Virus record (IMG/VR): IMGVR_UViG_3300027286_000002 | Reading direction: 5' to 3' (one strand) | Length of the DNA: 64,000 nt | Source of the DNA: a virus | Taxonomy: Duplodnaviria > Caudoviricetes | Shown here: in pieces, positions 55,625-64,000 of the stretch | How positions within the stretch are numbered: the first letter of the stretch is position 1 | Layout of the letters: every line of letters starts with the position of its first letter | Position numbers and translations under genes: made by a program | Notes under the pieces: generated by a model | What the model was told of the DNA's origin: nothing | Seen by the model: only the letters and a program-made list of their open reading frames with translations | The model's database searches: none

Positions 55625-55846
55625 TTACTTATCTCTCTTACATGGTGCTAAATGCACATCACAATCTTGATACCAATTTCTACCATTAGGCTGGACTAAT
55701 GCTCTAACATTAAAGAAAGCTATACTCTTCCTAAATGAGTTTCCCTCCCTTATATGAAATCCTGCACCTTGATAGTTATTTACTAAGAATACTAACTCTT
55801 TATTGTATCTTACTAAATTTCCATGTGAGTGAAACCAACAGATCAT
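55625..55846 (-). CDS. TRD-like mini-protein, array 3
   Basis: Family pattern. Confidence 0.85.
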   Translation of the reverse strand: MICWFHSHGNLVRYNKELVFLVNNYQGAGFHIREGNSFRKSIAFFNVRALVQPNGRNWYQDCDVHLAPCKRDK

Positions 55847-55847
55847 T

Positions 55848-56069
55848 TTACTTATCTTTCTTACATGGTGCTAAATATACATCAGGATCGTTCATCCATG
55901 TATTTTCAGGTAAAGTCCTAGCTATAAATAAACCTATTGTATTTCTAAACGATTCTTTATTTCTAGGATACATTCCACTAACATTAGATGATAATTTAGA
56001 TGAAATAAAACATACAAGTAAAGGATTGAACTGCACATTATTGCCATTATTATTAAACCAACAGATCAT
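55848..56069 (-). CDS. TRD-like mini-protein, array 3
   Basis: Probable start MICWFNNNGNNV at 56069. Confidence 0.85.
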   Translation of the reverse strand: MICWFNNNGNNVQFNPLLVCFISSKLSSNVSGMYPRNKESFRNTIGLFIARTLPENTWMNDPDVYLAPCKKDK

Positions 56070-56286
56070 TTTTTGTTCTTTCCACTGATAATGCCAAATA
56101 CACATCAGGATCATTCATCCAAGTATGTTTAGGTAAAGACCTTCCTATATATAAAGAAATTGACTTCCTAAAATTATCTTTTCTTATATAGAAACCATGT
56201 TGATTGTGATATGCACTACTAAATAATGCTACTTGCCAATGATTATGACATACACAACCACCACGATTATTAAAATAACAGATCAT
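56053..56286 (-). CDS. TRD-like mini-protein, array 3 (first gene, 6 bp after the DNA polymerase stop)
   Basis: MICYFNN...FSS...HGFYI..DNFRK...Y..R.LPK.TWMNDPDVYLA. Confidence 0.85.
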   Translation of the reverse strand: MICYFNNRGGCVCHNHWQVALFSSAYHNQHGFYIRKDNFRKSISLYIGRSLPKHTWMNDPDVYLALSVERTKNDLLV

Positions 56287-56292
56287 TTTAAT

Positions 56293-58893
56293 TTATTCCT
56301 TTAATAAGATAGATACATCTCTACCTTGATACATAATCTTAATGTCTTTACCTGCATTATTCTTAATCCATTCGCTTAACCTGTCTGTTTCACTATGAGA
56401 TAACTCACTCAACTCATAAATCTCATAATGCTTTGCTTTTTCCTCTTGCTCCGTGCTTAAGGTTGTTTCATTTAATACCTTTGGCTTTGGCTGTCCACTA
56501 TGATCTACTTTAAAAGCATTTACTAAAAACTCATCTTCACCTTTGCCTTCCCTTAACTCTTTCAAGTCATAAGGCACAGACCAATCTTTTCCTATCTCAA
56601 CATCCACTGTTAATGGTACAATCCAATTCTTATTTTGCAATGCTTTATTCCTAACCATAATATCACATAACAAAGGTATCGCTTCACCTATAATGTCTTT
56701 ATGGATTTCAAACACAATTTCATCATGCACTGTTAAAATCATCATTAGCTTATCAAACCAATTTCTCTTTTTAACATTCTCATAAATTAAACTCATTGCA
56801 ATCTTAGTAATATCTGCACTCGTACCTTGCACAGGTGAATTTACTGCCTTTCTCTCATCCTTTGATCTCAAAGAAAACTCTTTAGATTTAATATCAGGCA
56901 TTAACATTCTTCGACCAAAAGCTGTTAATACATATCCATTTTCTTTGGCAAAATCCACTTCCTTTTTCCACCACTTTGTTAAACCTTTATATGTCTTTGT
57001 AAAGGTTTGATATTTCTCATCACCTTCTTCTTGAGTACAACTAATAGTTCTAACTACTGCTTTACCTGTACCACCATAACATAAAGCAAAATTAACACCT
57101 TTCGCATTGCCTCTTAATGCTTTCCAATCAGGTCTTTTCTTTGCCTCTTCACCATAAAAAGCAACTGCTGTCAATGTATGCAAATCACCTATTTTATCTG
57201 ATCCACATATACAGATAGCTGGTGGTATAATAGGAAATCCATCTTCGCCTCGTTCTTTAGTATATTTACGATTGCATGATGAACATCTAAAAAATTCTTC
57301 AATCCATAAAGGCTCTTGACTAATGTTTGTTACAATTCTTAACTCAACACCTGCATAGTCAATTGCTACTAAATAATGATCAGGATTTCTTACTGCAATA
57401 CACTCTCTTAATCTTGAAGTAATCATTGGTCTTTTCGGATCATATCCTGATGGAATACCTTGAAAAGGTACTCTACAACCACCATCTTTTGTCTCCCATG
57501 GTCTACTTGTAGTACCACAACTAAAACGACCTGTATCTGCTCCGAACTGATTAAACTTTGGTTTTAATGTACCATCATCTGCAATATCTTCTTTCATAGG
57601 TATGAGATATTGACCTAATGCTTTAGCTAGTTCTCTTAATCTTTTAATCTTTCTCACAAATGGAAAAGTATCGGATGCCTCTTCAATTACTTCATCTAAA
57701 ACATCAGCACCTGTTGCCACTTGACCACTTGCAGTAGTTTGTAAATTAGGTACTTCTAATTCTCTAAACATCATGCCTAATTGTTGAGAAGATAAAATAT
57801 CATATTTATATTCAAAGACTACTTCTTCTTTTTGTTTAGGATTAGTTAAAGATGCTACCATTTTTCTAGCTACAAAATCTTCACCTGCCATATCTAAATG
57901 TGGATACATACGATCAGCTTCTTTTCTTGCCTCGTCTATGCAATCTTTAAAGCTATCTGTATTATCTGTATTAAACTTATTAACACCTTTTAAATCGCCT
58001 TTCATGATTTTAATGTATGCTGGCATAACATCTCTACCAAGTAATTCATTTGCTCCTTCATATACTTCAATAAGGCTGTCCATCCATTCCTTTTGACCAA
58101 TCTTAATAAACTCTTGTGTTTTCTTTTGATCAATATAAACTCTGTTTCTGTGCATCCACCTAACTGATGTATTGCATTTCTTTTCTATCATATAAAGACT
58201 AATCATTTCTTTAGGAAAGATGTCTTTTAAGATATTATAAAGTTTAAGAGTACATAAAGCATCAGCACCTGCATACCATACACAAGCATCCCAAGACGGA
58301 TCAAGAGTAGAATAATCTTTAATTTTAGATTTAGGAATGAGTTCATCAAGTTCAATCATTTCCCAACCTAATTTATCTTTAGACATATCTTTAAGACCAC
58401 GACCACCTTTATCACGACTGTTCATAAGACAAGCCATAATATAGTTATCTTCCCATAGCTTTGGATTTTCAAATCTTTCTTTACCTAAAAGAGTTTCGCC
58501 ATTATATTCTAAAAACTCTTGATCAAAAGCACCATTATGGAATATAGGAATAGCAGTAGCATTTACATTAAGCAAGCGACTAAATTCTCTATCTATGATT
58601 GACCATGAAACATTATGTTCTGTACCTGCACTGTGTCTAATAGGAAAGTAATATGCTTTCTTTTCATTCGGAGCAATAGAAATACCTACAATAGATGCTC
58701 TTGTTCTACCATGAAAAACACGATTATCTAAACCTGTTGTTTCTAAGTCTATGCCATAATGACTAGATGCCAAACATTCATCAATAGCTTGTTTAATATT
58801 ATCTTTAGTACCTAAAATGAGATCAACTTCTTTCATCCATTTTTTAGGTTTAACATCTGGTCTTTGTAGTGATTCAAAGAAATCTGAAAACAT
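56293..58893 (-). CDS. Family A DNA polymerase with 3'-5' exonuclease
   Basis: Exo I IDLETTG, Exo II FHNGAFD, Exo III YAGADA; motif A IDYAGVELRI, motif B RGNAKGVNFALCYG, motif C TVHDEIVFE. Confidence 0.95.
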   Translation of the reverse strand: MFSDFFESLQRPDVKPKKWMKEVDLILGTKDNIKQAIDECLASSHYGIDLETTGLDNRVFHGRTRASIVGISIAPNEKKAYYFPIRHSAGTEHNVSWSIIDREFSRLLNVNATAIPIFHNGAFDQEFLEYNGETLLGKERFENPKLWEDNYIMACLMNSRDKGGRGLKDMSKDKLGWEMIELDELIPKSKIKDYSTLDPSWDACVWYAGADALCTLKLYNILKDIFPKEMISLYMIEKKCNTSVRWMHRNRVYIDQKKTQEFIKIGQKEWMDSLIEVYEGANELLGRDVMPAYIKIMKGDLKGVNKFNTDNTDSFKDCIDEARKEADRMYPHLDMAGEDFVARKMVASLTNPKQKEEVVFEYKYDILSSQQLGMMFRELEVPNLQTTASGQVATGADVLDEVIEEASDTFPFVRKIKRLRELAKALGQYLIPMKEDIADDGTLKPKFNQFGADTGRFSCGTTSRPWETKDGGCRVPFQGIPSGYDPKRPMITSRLRECIAVRNPDHYLVAIDYAGVELRIVTNISQEPLWIEEFFRCSSCNRKYTKERGEDGFPIIPPAICICGSDKIGDLHTLTAVAFYGEEAKKRPDWKALRGNAKGVNFALCYGGTGKAVVRTISCTQEEGDEKYQTFTKTYKGLTKWWKKEVDFAKENGYVLTAFGRRMLMPDIKSKEFSLRSKDERKAVNSPVQGTSADITKIAMSLIYENVKKRNWFDKLMMILTVHDEIVFEIHKDIIGEAIPLLCDIMVRNKALQNKNWIVPLTVDVEIGKDWSVPYDLKELREGKGEDEFLVNAFKVDHSGQPKPKVLNETTLSTEQEEKAKHYEIYELSELSHSETDRLSEWIKNNAGKDIKIMYQGRDVSILLKE

Positions 58894-58949
58894 GATTGTC
58901 CTTTTAATAAAAAGAGTTCAATCATATTATATTATATTAAATCTTTTTT

Positions 58950-59681
58950 CTAAGTATTTTCATCCGTGTATCTATGTGCTTTAAGATTATATTGACAGCA
59001 CATCTCAATACCTACATTTAAACGATTGACTTCAAAAGACATGACAATCTTTTCTAAATGTGTTTGATCAATTTTTTGTTCATCAATAACTAATTGACCT
59101 TCCCCGGGGATATTATCTATGTTTTCTTTTCTTAAATCAATATTTGATTGAAAAACTTCATCTATAAAATCTTCAATCTTTTCATCATCAAAAAATCCTT
59201 CTTCACTTTCATCCCAACTGTCATCTTCATCTTCTTCTTCAAAACCAATGATTTGATTTTGAATTTCTTTCATCAGTTCATTTTTACCTGCATCAGTAGA
59301 AAGATCTGATTTAAGAGCAGTCAAAAGATCAGCTTGATTACCATAATTCTTAACAGCCTTTAATAACTTTTTTGCCATGTCTGTATGCAAGATATTTCCT
59401 TGAAAGAACATTCTTGCACCAATAACACCTTCAAGTTCATATTCACCACTGTGTAATAAACTTGGTCTTGTTAAAGTTACCATACCTTTTAAATATTCTA
59501 ATGGTGTTAGTGATTTAGTAGCATATACTTTTAAATTCATAATCGCATCTGCCAAAGCTGTGATTAAAGCATCTGCTACAATCTTTTCTTTATCGATTGG
59601 AATTAAATTAAAGAGATTGCTAAAAGCTAATTTGACAATAGATGTTGGACTAGCATACTTACTGATATATGAATACTTCAT
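58950..59681 (-). CDS. Hypothetical protein
   Basis: Probable start MKYSYISKYA at 59681 after AAAGGATT. Confidence 0.7.
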   Translation of the reverse strand: MKYSYISKYASPTSIVKLAFSNLFNLIPIDKEKIVADALITALADAIMNLKVYATKSLTPLEYLKGMVTLTRPSLLHSGEYELEGVIGARMFFQGNILHTDMAKKLLKAVKNYGNQADLLTALKSDLSTDAGKNELMKEIQNQIIGFEEEDEDDSWDESEEGFFDDEKIEDFIDEVFQSNIDLRKENIDNIPGEGQLVIDEQKIDQTHLEKIVMSFEVNRLNVGIEMCCQYNLKAHRYTDENT

Positions 59682-59747
59682 TTTAAATCCTTTGTGTTTT
59701 ATCAATACAAAGGATCATACTATAGAATAATTATAAAAAACACACCT

Positions 59748-60104
59748 TTATTGATTGATATAATGCAAAATCACTTTCTTTAAAAATTCAGGTTTGGATA
59801 CTAAGTTATACCATTTAAATGAATGACTTGAAAATTCACTATATGAATAAGTACCATCATTTCTTCCAACATCTGCTATTTTTTCTTCAGTGATCACAAT
59901 TTGAAGTTTAAAATTTCTACCGAAATAAATTCTATTGTCTTCACAAATGAAACTCTTTGCTTTAAGTTTATATTTCACTTGAAGATCATCAAAAGAGTTA
60001 AGAACATCACAAAGAATTTGTGCACCCTCGATACAATAATCTTCATTGCCTTCAATTTCCCAATCGATGTTATTAAGGTCTTGAATTTTTTGATTTAAGT
60101 CCAT
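59748..60104 (-). CDS. Hypothetical protein
   Basis: AAAAAGGAAAAG RBS and promoter motif. Confidence 0.7.
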   Translation of the reverse strand: MDLNQKIQDLNNIDWEIEGNEDYCIEGAQILCDVLNSFDDLQVKYKLKAKSFICEDNRIYFGRNFKLQIVITEEKIADVGRNDGTYSYSEFSSHSFKWYNLVSKPEFLKKVILHYINQ

Positions 60105-60145
60105 TTGACTTTTCCTTTTTAAGGTTGTGTTAATGATATTAGATA

Positions 60146-60173
60146 AACACTAAGACACTTAAAAAGATTGCAA
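60146..60173 (-). promoter_or_regulatory. Variant promoter motif
   Basis: TTGCAA-N15-TAGTGTT. Confidence 0.6.
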
Positions 60174-60188
60174 CTTTATTAAAATATT

Positions 60189-63100
60189 TTATCCATTTGA
60201 ACGAACATTAAATGTAAATTGAATATACAATAATGGGAATACTGGCTTGTAGAAAGCATTGATCAATAATCCTGTCGCATCTTCAGGATCTTGTACCACT
60301 GCCAAACCTGTATATGATTCAATGATGCCACTCAAAACAAGTCTTTGAAATTCATTATTGACTGCTAATAAAACCTGTGTTTGAATCACAGGTAAATTCT
60401 TAACACCAATAAATCCATCCAAAACACCTCTCATTGTTCTTTGAACTTGATCTGCAATTTGAATGATTGTAGGTGTCTTTGTCAATACAGATGACATATT
60501 GGTTGTTAAACCATGTCTAATCTTAATGGTTGTGCCTGCATTCTCAAGAATAGAAACACCTTTAACTGCTGTTGCATTTGCCTCAACAGGTGTTAGATTT
60601 CTCAATACACCATTAAAGCCATTTACTTGTCTTGATTCCCATGGGGTAGCAACATCAATATTAATAGATGTTGTTGTACCAGCTACTGCACAAGCTAAAT
60701 AGCGACCATCTACAATATAAGTAACAGGATTACCTGTTGCATTTGTGATAGTTAAACTTGCAATATCTGGATAAATAACACGAACACGACTTGAACCTGT
60801 AAGATTTGCCAAACGACCTGCTTCTTTTGGAATAGTACCACTTGCAAAACCTAAAATCGCTGTTCTTTCAGATCTAAATCTTAATGAACTTTGTAAATCA
60901 CAATGCTTGCTAATATGACTTAACAAACTTTCACTTGCAGGGATCAATGGCAAAATTACTGATGGTGTCAAAACTGCTGTAATGCCACCTTCAATAGAAT
61001 CAATCGCTTCAATCATTTGTGTTTCTGTGATTTCAGCACTACCTGCTAATCTCTTAATTTGTTTACAAGCAATTGTACCTGCACCATTCAAGATTGCAAG
61101 ATAAGCACCTAATGACATAGGATTTTGTGTAGATACTTCACCATATTCAGATACAACATCTGCAATGCTATTAAATACCTTTGTTGTATAGTCTACTTTC
61201 TCTTGTGTATAAGAGATATAATAAACTTGACCAATATCAGGTTCACTGCCACCTTTGTCAAAGGTTTCAAGATTAGCTGTATCACCTACTGAAACACCTG
61301 TTGTATTTGATACGATTACAGATACACCATTAACAAAGTTCTTTGGAATATTTGCATTACAAGTGATGTTTTGACTTACATTCCATTTAAAGAAAGCATT
61401 TGCATCTTGGGGATAATCTACACCACCATCTCTTGGCAAAATAGTGAATGTTAATCCTGTTACAGCATCTACATAGGTTTGACCAATATAACCATCTTGA
61501 CCAAGACCACTATTGAAAATAGAAGTATTAGCTGAACCTGATCCATTAGATACACTTGATTTTACATAGAAACCTTGTTTAGCATCTTCACCAACTGCAC
61601 CATCTAAATTTGTAATCTTTAATCCTGTGCCTTTGGTTGTAATCGCATTGCCACCTGTGAAATCTACAATAGATCCTACACCTGTGCTTAAACTTTCAAT
61701 CGCTAGATATTGCTTGTTAGTTGCACTAATATGTACAAAAGCAACAGCCTTTGATTTGAAATAGTCATTTGCAAGAGTTTCACCAAAAAGCAAATCTGTT
61801 AATGTATTTGATTGATGGCTCATTAATGCACTTACAATTTGACTTGCATTTACACTAGATGATGTAGAGGTTTGATTTGCAGTTAAACCTAAAGTTTCAT
61901 TTGCACTACCATTTAAAACTTTAAGATAACTATTTACAAAAGATCCACCACCTACAATACGAATGCCTGCACCTTCTTGAGTAGCTACTACAATAGCATC
62001 TACACCAGCATCAGCAAAAGCATTATTGATTTGATCTACAATAGAATTAGAGATCAAGATCAAACCATCTACAATACTCTCACCTACACAAGTTAAAGTG
62101 CCTGTGCCACTAGATGTAAATTCTACACTTACAATAGTTCCATTCACATCAAGCAATAAAGTATTATTAGCTGGATATGAGTTATTAGTACCATTATAGA
62201 ATTTCACAGCTGGTTGACTGTCTGCTGTCTTTTGTTCTGTCCAACCTGTTAATAACTTTAATGTAGGTTGTTGAACGACTGCACCTTTAAGAGCAGATGC
62301 AAAACTTGCTTTTAATCCTGCCTTTGTTAATAAGCTACCTGCTACTACACGGATACCTAACTCACCACTTGGTAAGAAATATGTATTGCCTTGAAAGAAA
62401 CGATTTCTCAAAATCAATCTTTCTTTTAAAGCACCACCACCTAGTGAAGTAGTAGCAACTTGTGCAACAGGTAAAAGACCAAATTTAGTTTGTGTACCAT
62501 CTGCATCATCTGTATCAATACCTGCAATGATAGCAAAATCATCTTCAGGATCAGCTTGGCTAATAAATTCAAGGTAACCATAGGTATCTTCATCAGCTAG
62601 AATGTGGACTACTGTGCCTGTACCACCTAAGAAAAATCCATTATTGTTAGCAGTAAAGACAGTACCAATATTATTATCTGCACTACCTACCATTGTATAG
62701 TCTGTACCACCTACTGTTAAAATAACATAGGTATCACCATCTACAATATCTTGAGCATCTACAATTTCAAATTTCTTGCCTAATTGATCTAAGCTAAAAA
62801 TCAAACGCCCTTGTGAATTTGCAGTAACAGAAATAATCACACCTTCAGTAACACCATCTACTTCATATTGAAGTAAAGCATCTACTAATGCACTATTGAT
62901 TTGTGTTTCAAGTTCTGTTGCCAAAGCAGTAGCAGTAGAATAAACAGCATCATTTAAAGTGATTGAAATTTCGCCTACTGTTCCATTTACATTACCTACA
63001 AATTGGAAAGATAAAGTATCATGGCTGTTTGCAATAATCTCTACACCACCATTTAAGGTAGTCATGGTTTGGTATTGAGCAGATACAGAATTACAAGCAA

Positions 63101-64000
63101 TATTAATAGCATTTGCAATATCTGTAGCAGTACAATTTGCGACTGTGCCAATGTTCACTACTACATCTTGATTATCCAGCTTTAATTGAATGCTGTCATT
63201 ACCTGCACTAATTGTACCTAAATCTTCCAATCCACTTTCTACTGTATATGGCAACACATCACCTACGATATGTGCAATCGCTCCAAAACGACCTGCACCT
63301 GTTGGTGCTGATAAACTTACACCACCTGTGATAGTTGCTTCATCAATAGCTAAATTGATTTGATCGCTTGTATCTTTAATGGTGAAATATGGACTTGCTC
63401 CACCACTAATATATAAAGCACTTGTAGGATTGCTAGATGCAAATTTAACAGTCACTGTTTCATTAATAGGTGTGCCTGTTGTGATACGAGCATCAGGTAG
63501 TAATTCACTGCCACTTGGGAAAGACAAATCTACACCATTTAAAGATGATCCTTTTGTACCTAAAGTAACATCATATAAAGCACTACCTTGCTTTAAAACT
63601 TGATATTTACCTGATCCACTTGCACCATCTGAAATACAAACAAATTGATATTGATTATTTCCACCAATAGTAGAATCAGTCAAAGTGTTATAATAGAAAG
63701 TAGCAAATACTTCTTTGCCTTCTTCTACTTCTTCAGATAAGACGATTGTGGAATCAACAGGATTAACACGAACGACTACTGAATCAGCTTTCTCAATCGC
63801 ATCGGTAAAATTATATCCTACTTTGACTTGAACTAAATCTGCTCTTGAAGTAGGTGTGCCTGAACCTGTACCATCGACAGGTTGGTATGGCAATTTAAAT
63901 GTGCTTGGTAAAGGTCTAGGTGGTACAACACTTGTGTCAATTACTCTTTCACATTTAACAAGATAAACCTTATCATCTTTTAAAGATGCTGTGATTTGGC
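60189..64000 (-). CDS. Contractile tail sheath protein, 5' end beyond window
   Basis: Sheath C-terminal domain (IRHGLTT...IADQV..MRGVLDGFIG...FYKPVFPLLYIQFTF); frame stays open from 63893 to base 64000. Confidence 0.85.
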   Translation of the reverse strand, partial: QITASLKDDKVYLVKCERVIDTSVVPPRPLPSTFKLPYQPVDGTGSGTPTSRADLVQVKVGYNFTDAIEKADSVVVRVNPVDSTIVLSEEVEEGKEVFATFYYNTLTDSTIGGNNQYQFVCISDGASGSGKYQVLKQGSALYDVTLGTKGSSLNGVDLSFPSGSELLPDARITTGTPINETVTVKFASSNPTSALYISGGASPYFTIKDTSDQINLAIDEATITGGVSLSAPTGAGRFGAIAHIVGDVLPYTVESGLEDLGTISAGNDSIQLKLDNQDVVVNIGTVANCTATDIANAINIACNSVSAQYQTMTTLNGGVEIIANSHDTLSFQFVGNVNGTVGEISITLNDAVYSTATALATELETQINSALVDALLQYEVDGVTEGVIISVTANSQGRLIFSLDQLGKKFEIVDAQDIVDGDTYVILTVGGTDYTMVGSADNNIGTVFTANNNGFFLGGTGTVVHILADEDTYGYLEFISQADPEDDFAIIAGIDTDDADGTQTKFGLLPVAQVATTSLGGGALKERLILRNRFFQGNTYFLPSGELGIRVVAGSLLTKAGLKASFASALKGAVVQQPTLKLLTGWTEQKTADSQPAVKFYNGTNNSYPANNTLLLDVNGTIVSVEFTSSGTGTLTCVGESIVDGLILISNSIVDQINNAFADAGVDAIVVATQEGAGIRIVGGGSFVNSYLKVLNGSANETLGLTANQTSTSSSVNASQIVSALMSHQSNTLTDLLFGETLANDYFKSKAVAFVHISATNKQYLAIESLSTGVGSIVDFTGGNAITTKGTGLKITNLDGAVGEDAKQGFYVKSSVSNGSGSANTSIFNSGLGQDGYIGQTYVDAVTGLTFTILPRDGGVDYPQDANAFFKWNVSQNITCNANIPKNFVNGVSVIVSNTTGVSVGDTANLETFDKGGSEPDIGQVYYISYTQEKVDYTTKVFNSIADVVSEYGEVSTQNPMSLGAYLAILNGAGTIACKQIKRLAGSAEITETQMIEAIDSIEGGITAVLTPSVILPLIPASESLLSHISKHCDLQSSLRFRSERTAILGFASGTIPKEAGRLANLTGSSRVRVIYPDIASLTITNATGNPVTYIVDGRYLACAVAGTTTSINIDVATPWESRQVNGFNGVLRNLTPVEANATAVKGVSILENAGTTIKIRHGLTTNMSSVLTKTPTIIQIADQVQRTMRGVLDGFIGVKNLPVIQTQVLLAVNNEFQRLVLSGIIESYTGLAVVQDPEDATGLLINAFYKPVFPLLYIQFTFNVRSNG

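Noticed and set aside
7012-56286. Mini-gene arrays as targets or templates of a diversity-generating retroelement
   Set aside because: No reverse transcriptase in the window, no near-identical template/variable repeat pair, and differences are not adenine-specific and include indels
54710-56286. Mini-gene arrays as integron or shufflon cassettes
   Set aside because: No attC-like palindromes or inverted recombination sites between genes and no recognisable integrase. The conserved junction resembles the general RBS context (AAAGGATAAAA) of this genome
747-63603. Numerous 60-140 aa ORFs antisense to or nested in longer genes (e.g. 747-980, 1047-1379, 13013-13261, 21236-21661, 33247-33486, 49005-49370, 60463-60702)
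   Set aside because: Fully overlap well-supported genes, lack RBS context, and have the composition of shadow frames
1-64000. tRNA/rRNA genes and stop-codon reassignment
   Set aside because: No T-loop (GTTCGA) cloverleaf or rRNA-like sequence noticed. Long conserved genes are intact under code 11 and end at TAA, TGA or TAG

Overview
AT-rich, densely coding segment of a large myovirus-type (jumbo/huge) bacteriophage genome, standard genetic code. Evidence: C-terminal part of a >1270-aa tail sheath protein, a 2859-aa putative baseplate/tail protein, family A DNA polymerase, type IB topoisomerase, GroES, MoxR/CbbQ-type AAA+ ATPase with VWA partner, class III nucleotidyl cyclase, C39 peptidase, Hc1-like histone and many small unknown ORFs. 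About 22 copies of a bipartite promoter-like motif (ACTTGCAA-N14/15-AAGTGTTT) head the accessory genes. No tRNA, rRNA, CRISPR array, integrase or reverse transcriptase was recognised. The main candidate for a new system is 19 paralogous 69-81 aa mini-genes in three translationally coupled arrays (7012-7956, 9934-11791, 54710-56286). One array is coupled by an ATGA overlap to an orphan N6-adenine methyltransferase (11788-13350). From recalled homologs (not a database search), that enzyme appears to lack the internal target-recognition segment that the mini-genes resemble. This suggests a split methyltransferase served by a library of interchangeable specificity subunits. All product calls are from motif recognition only.
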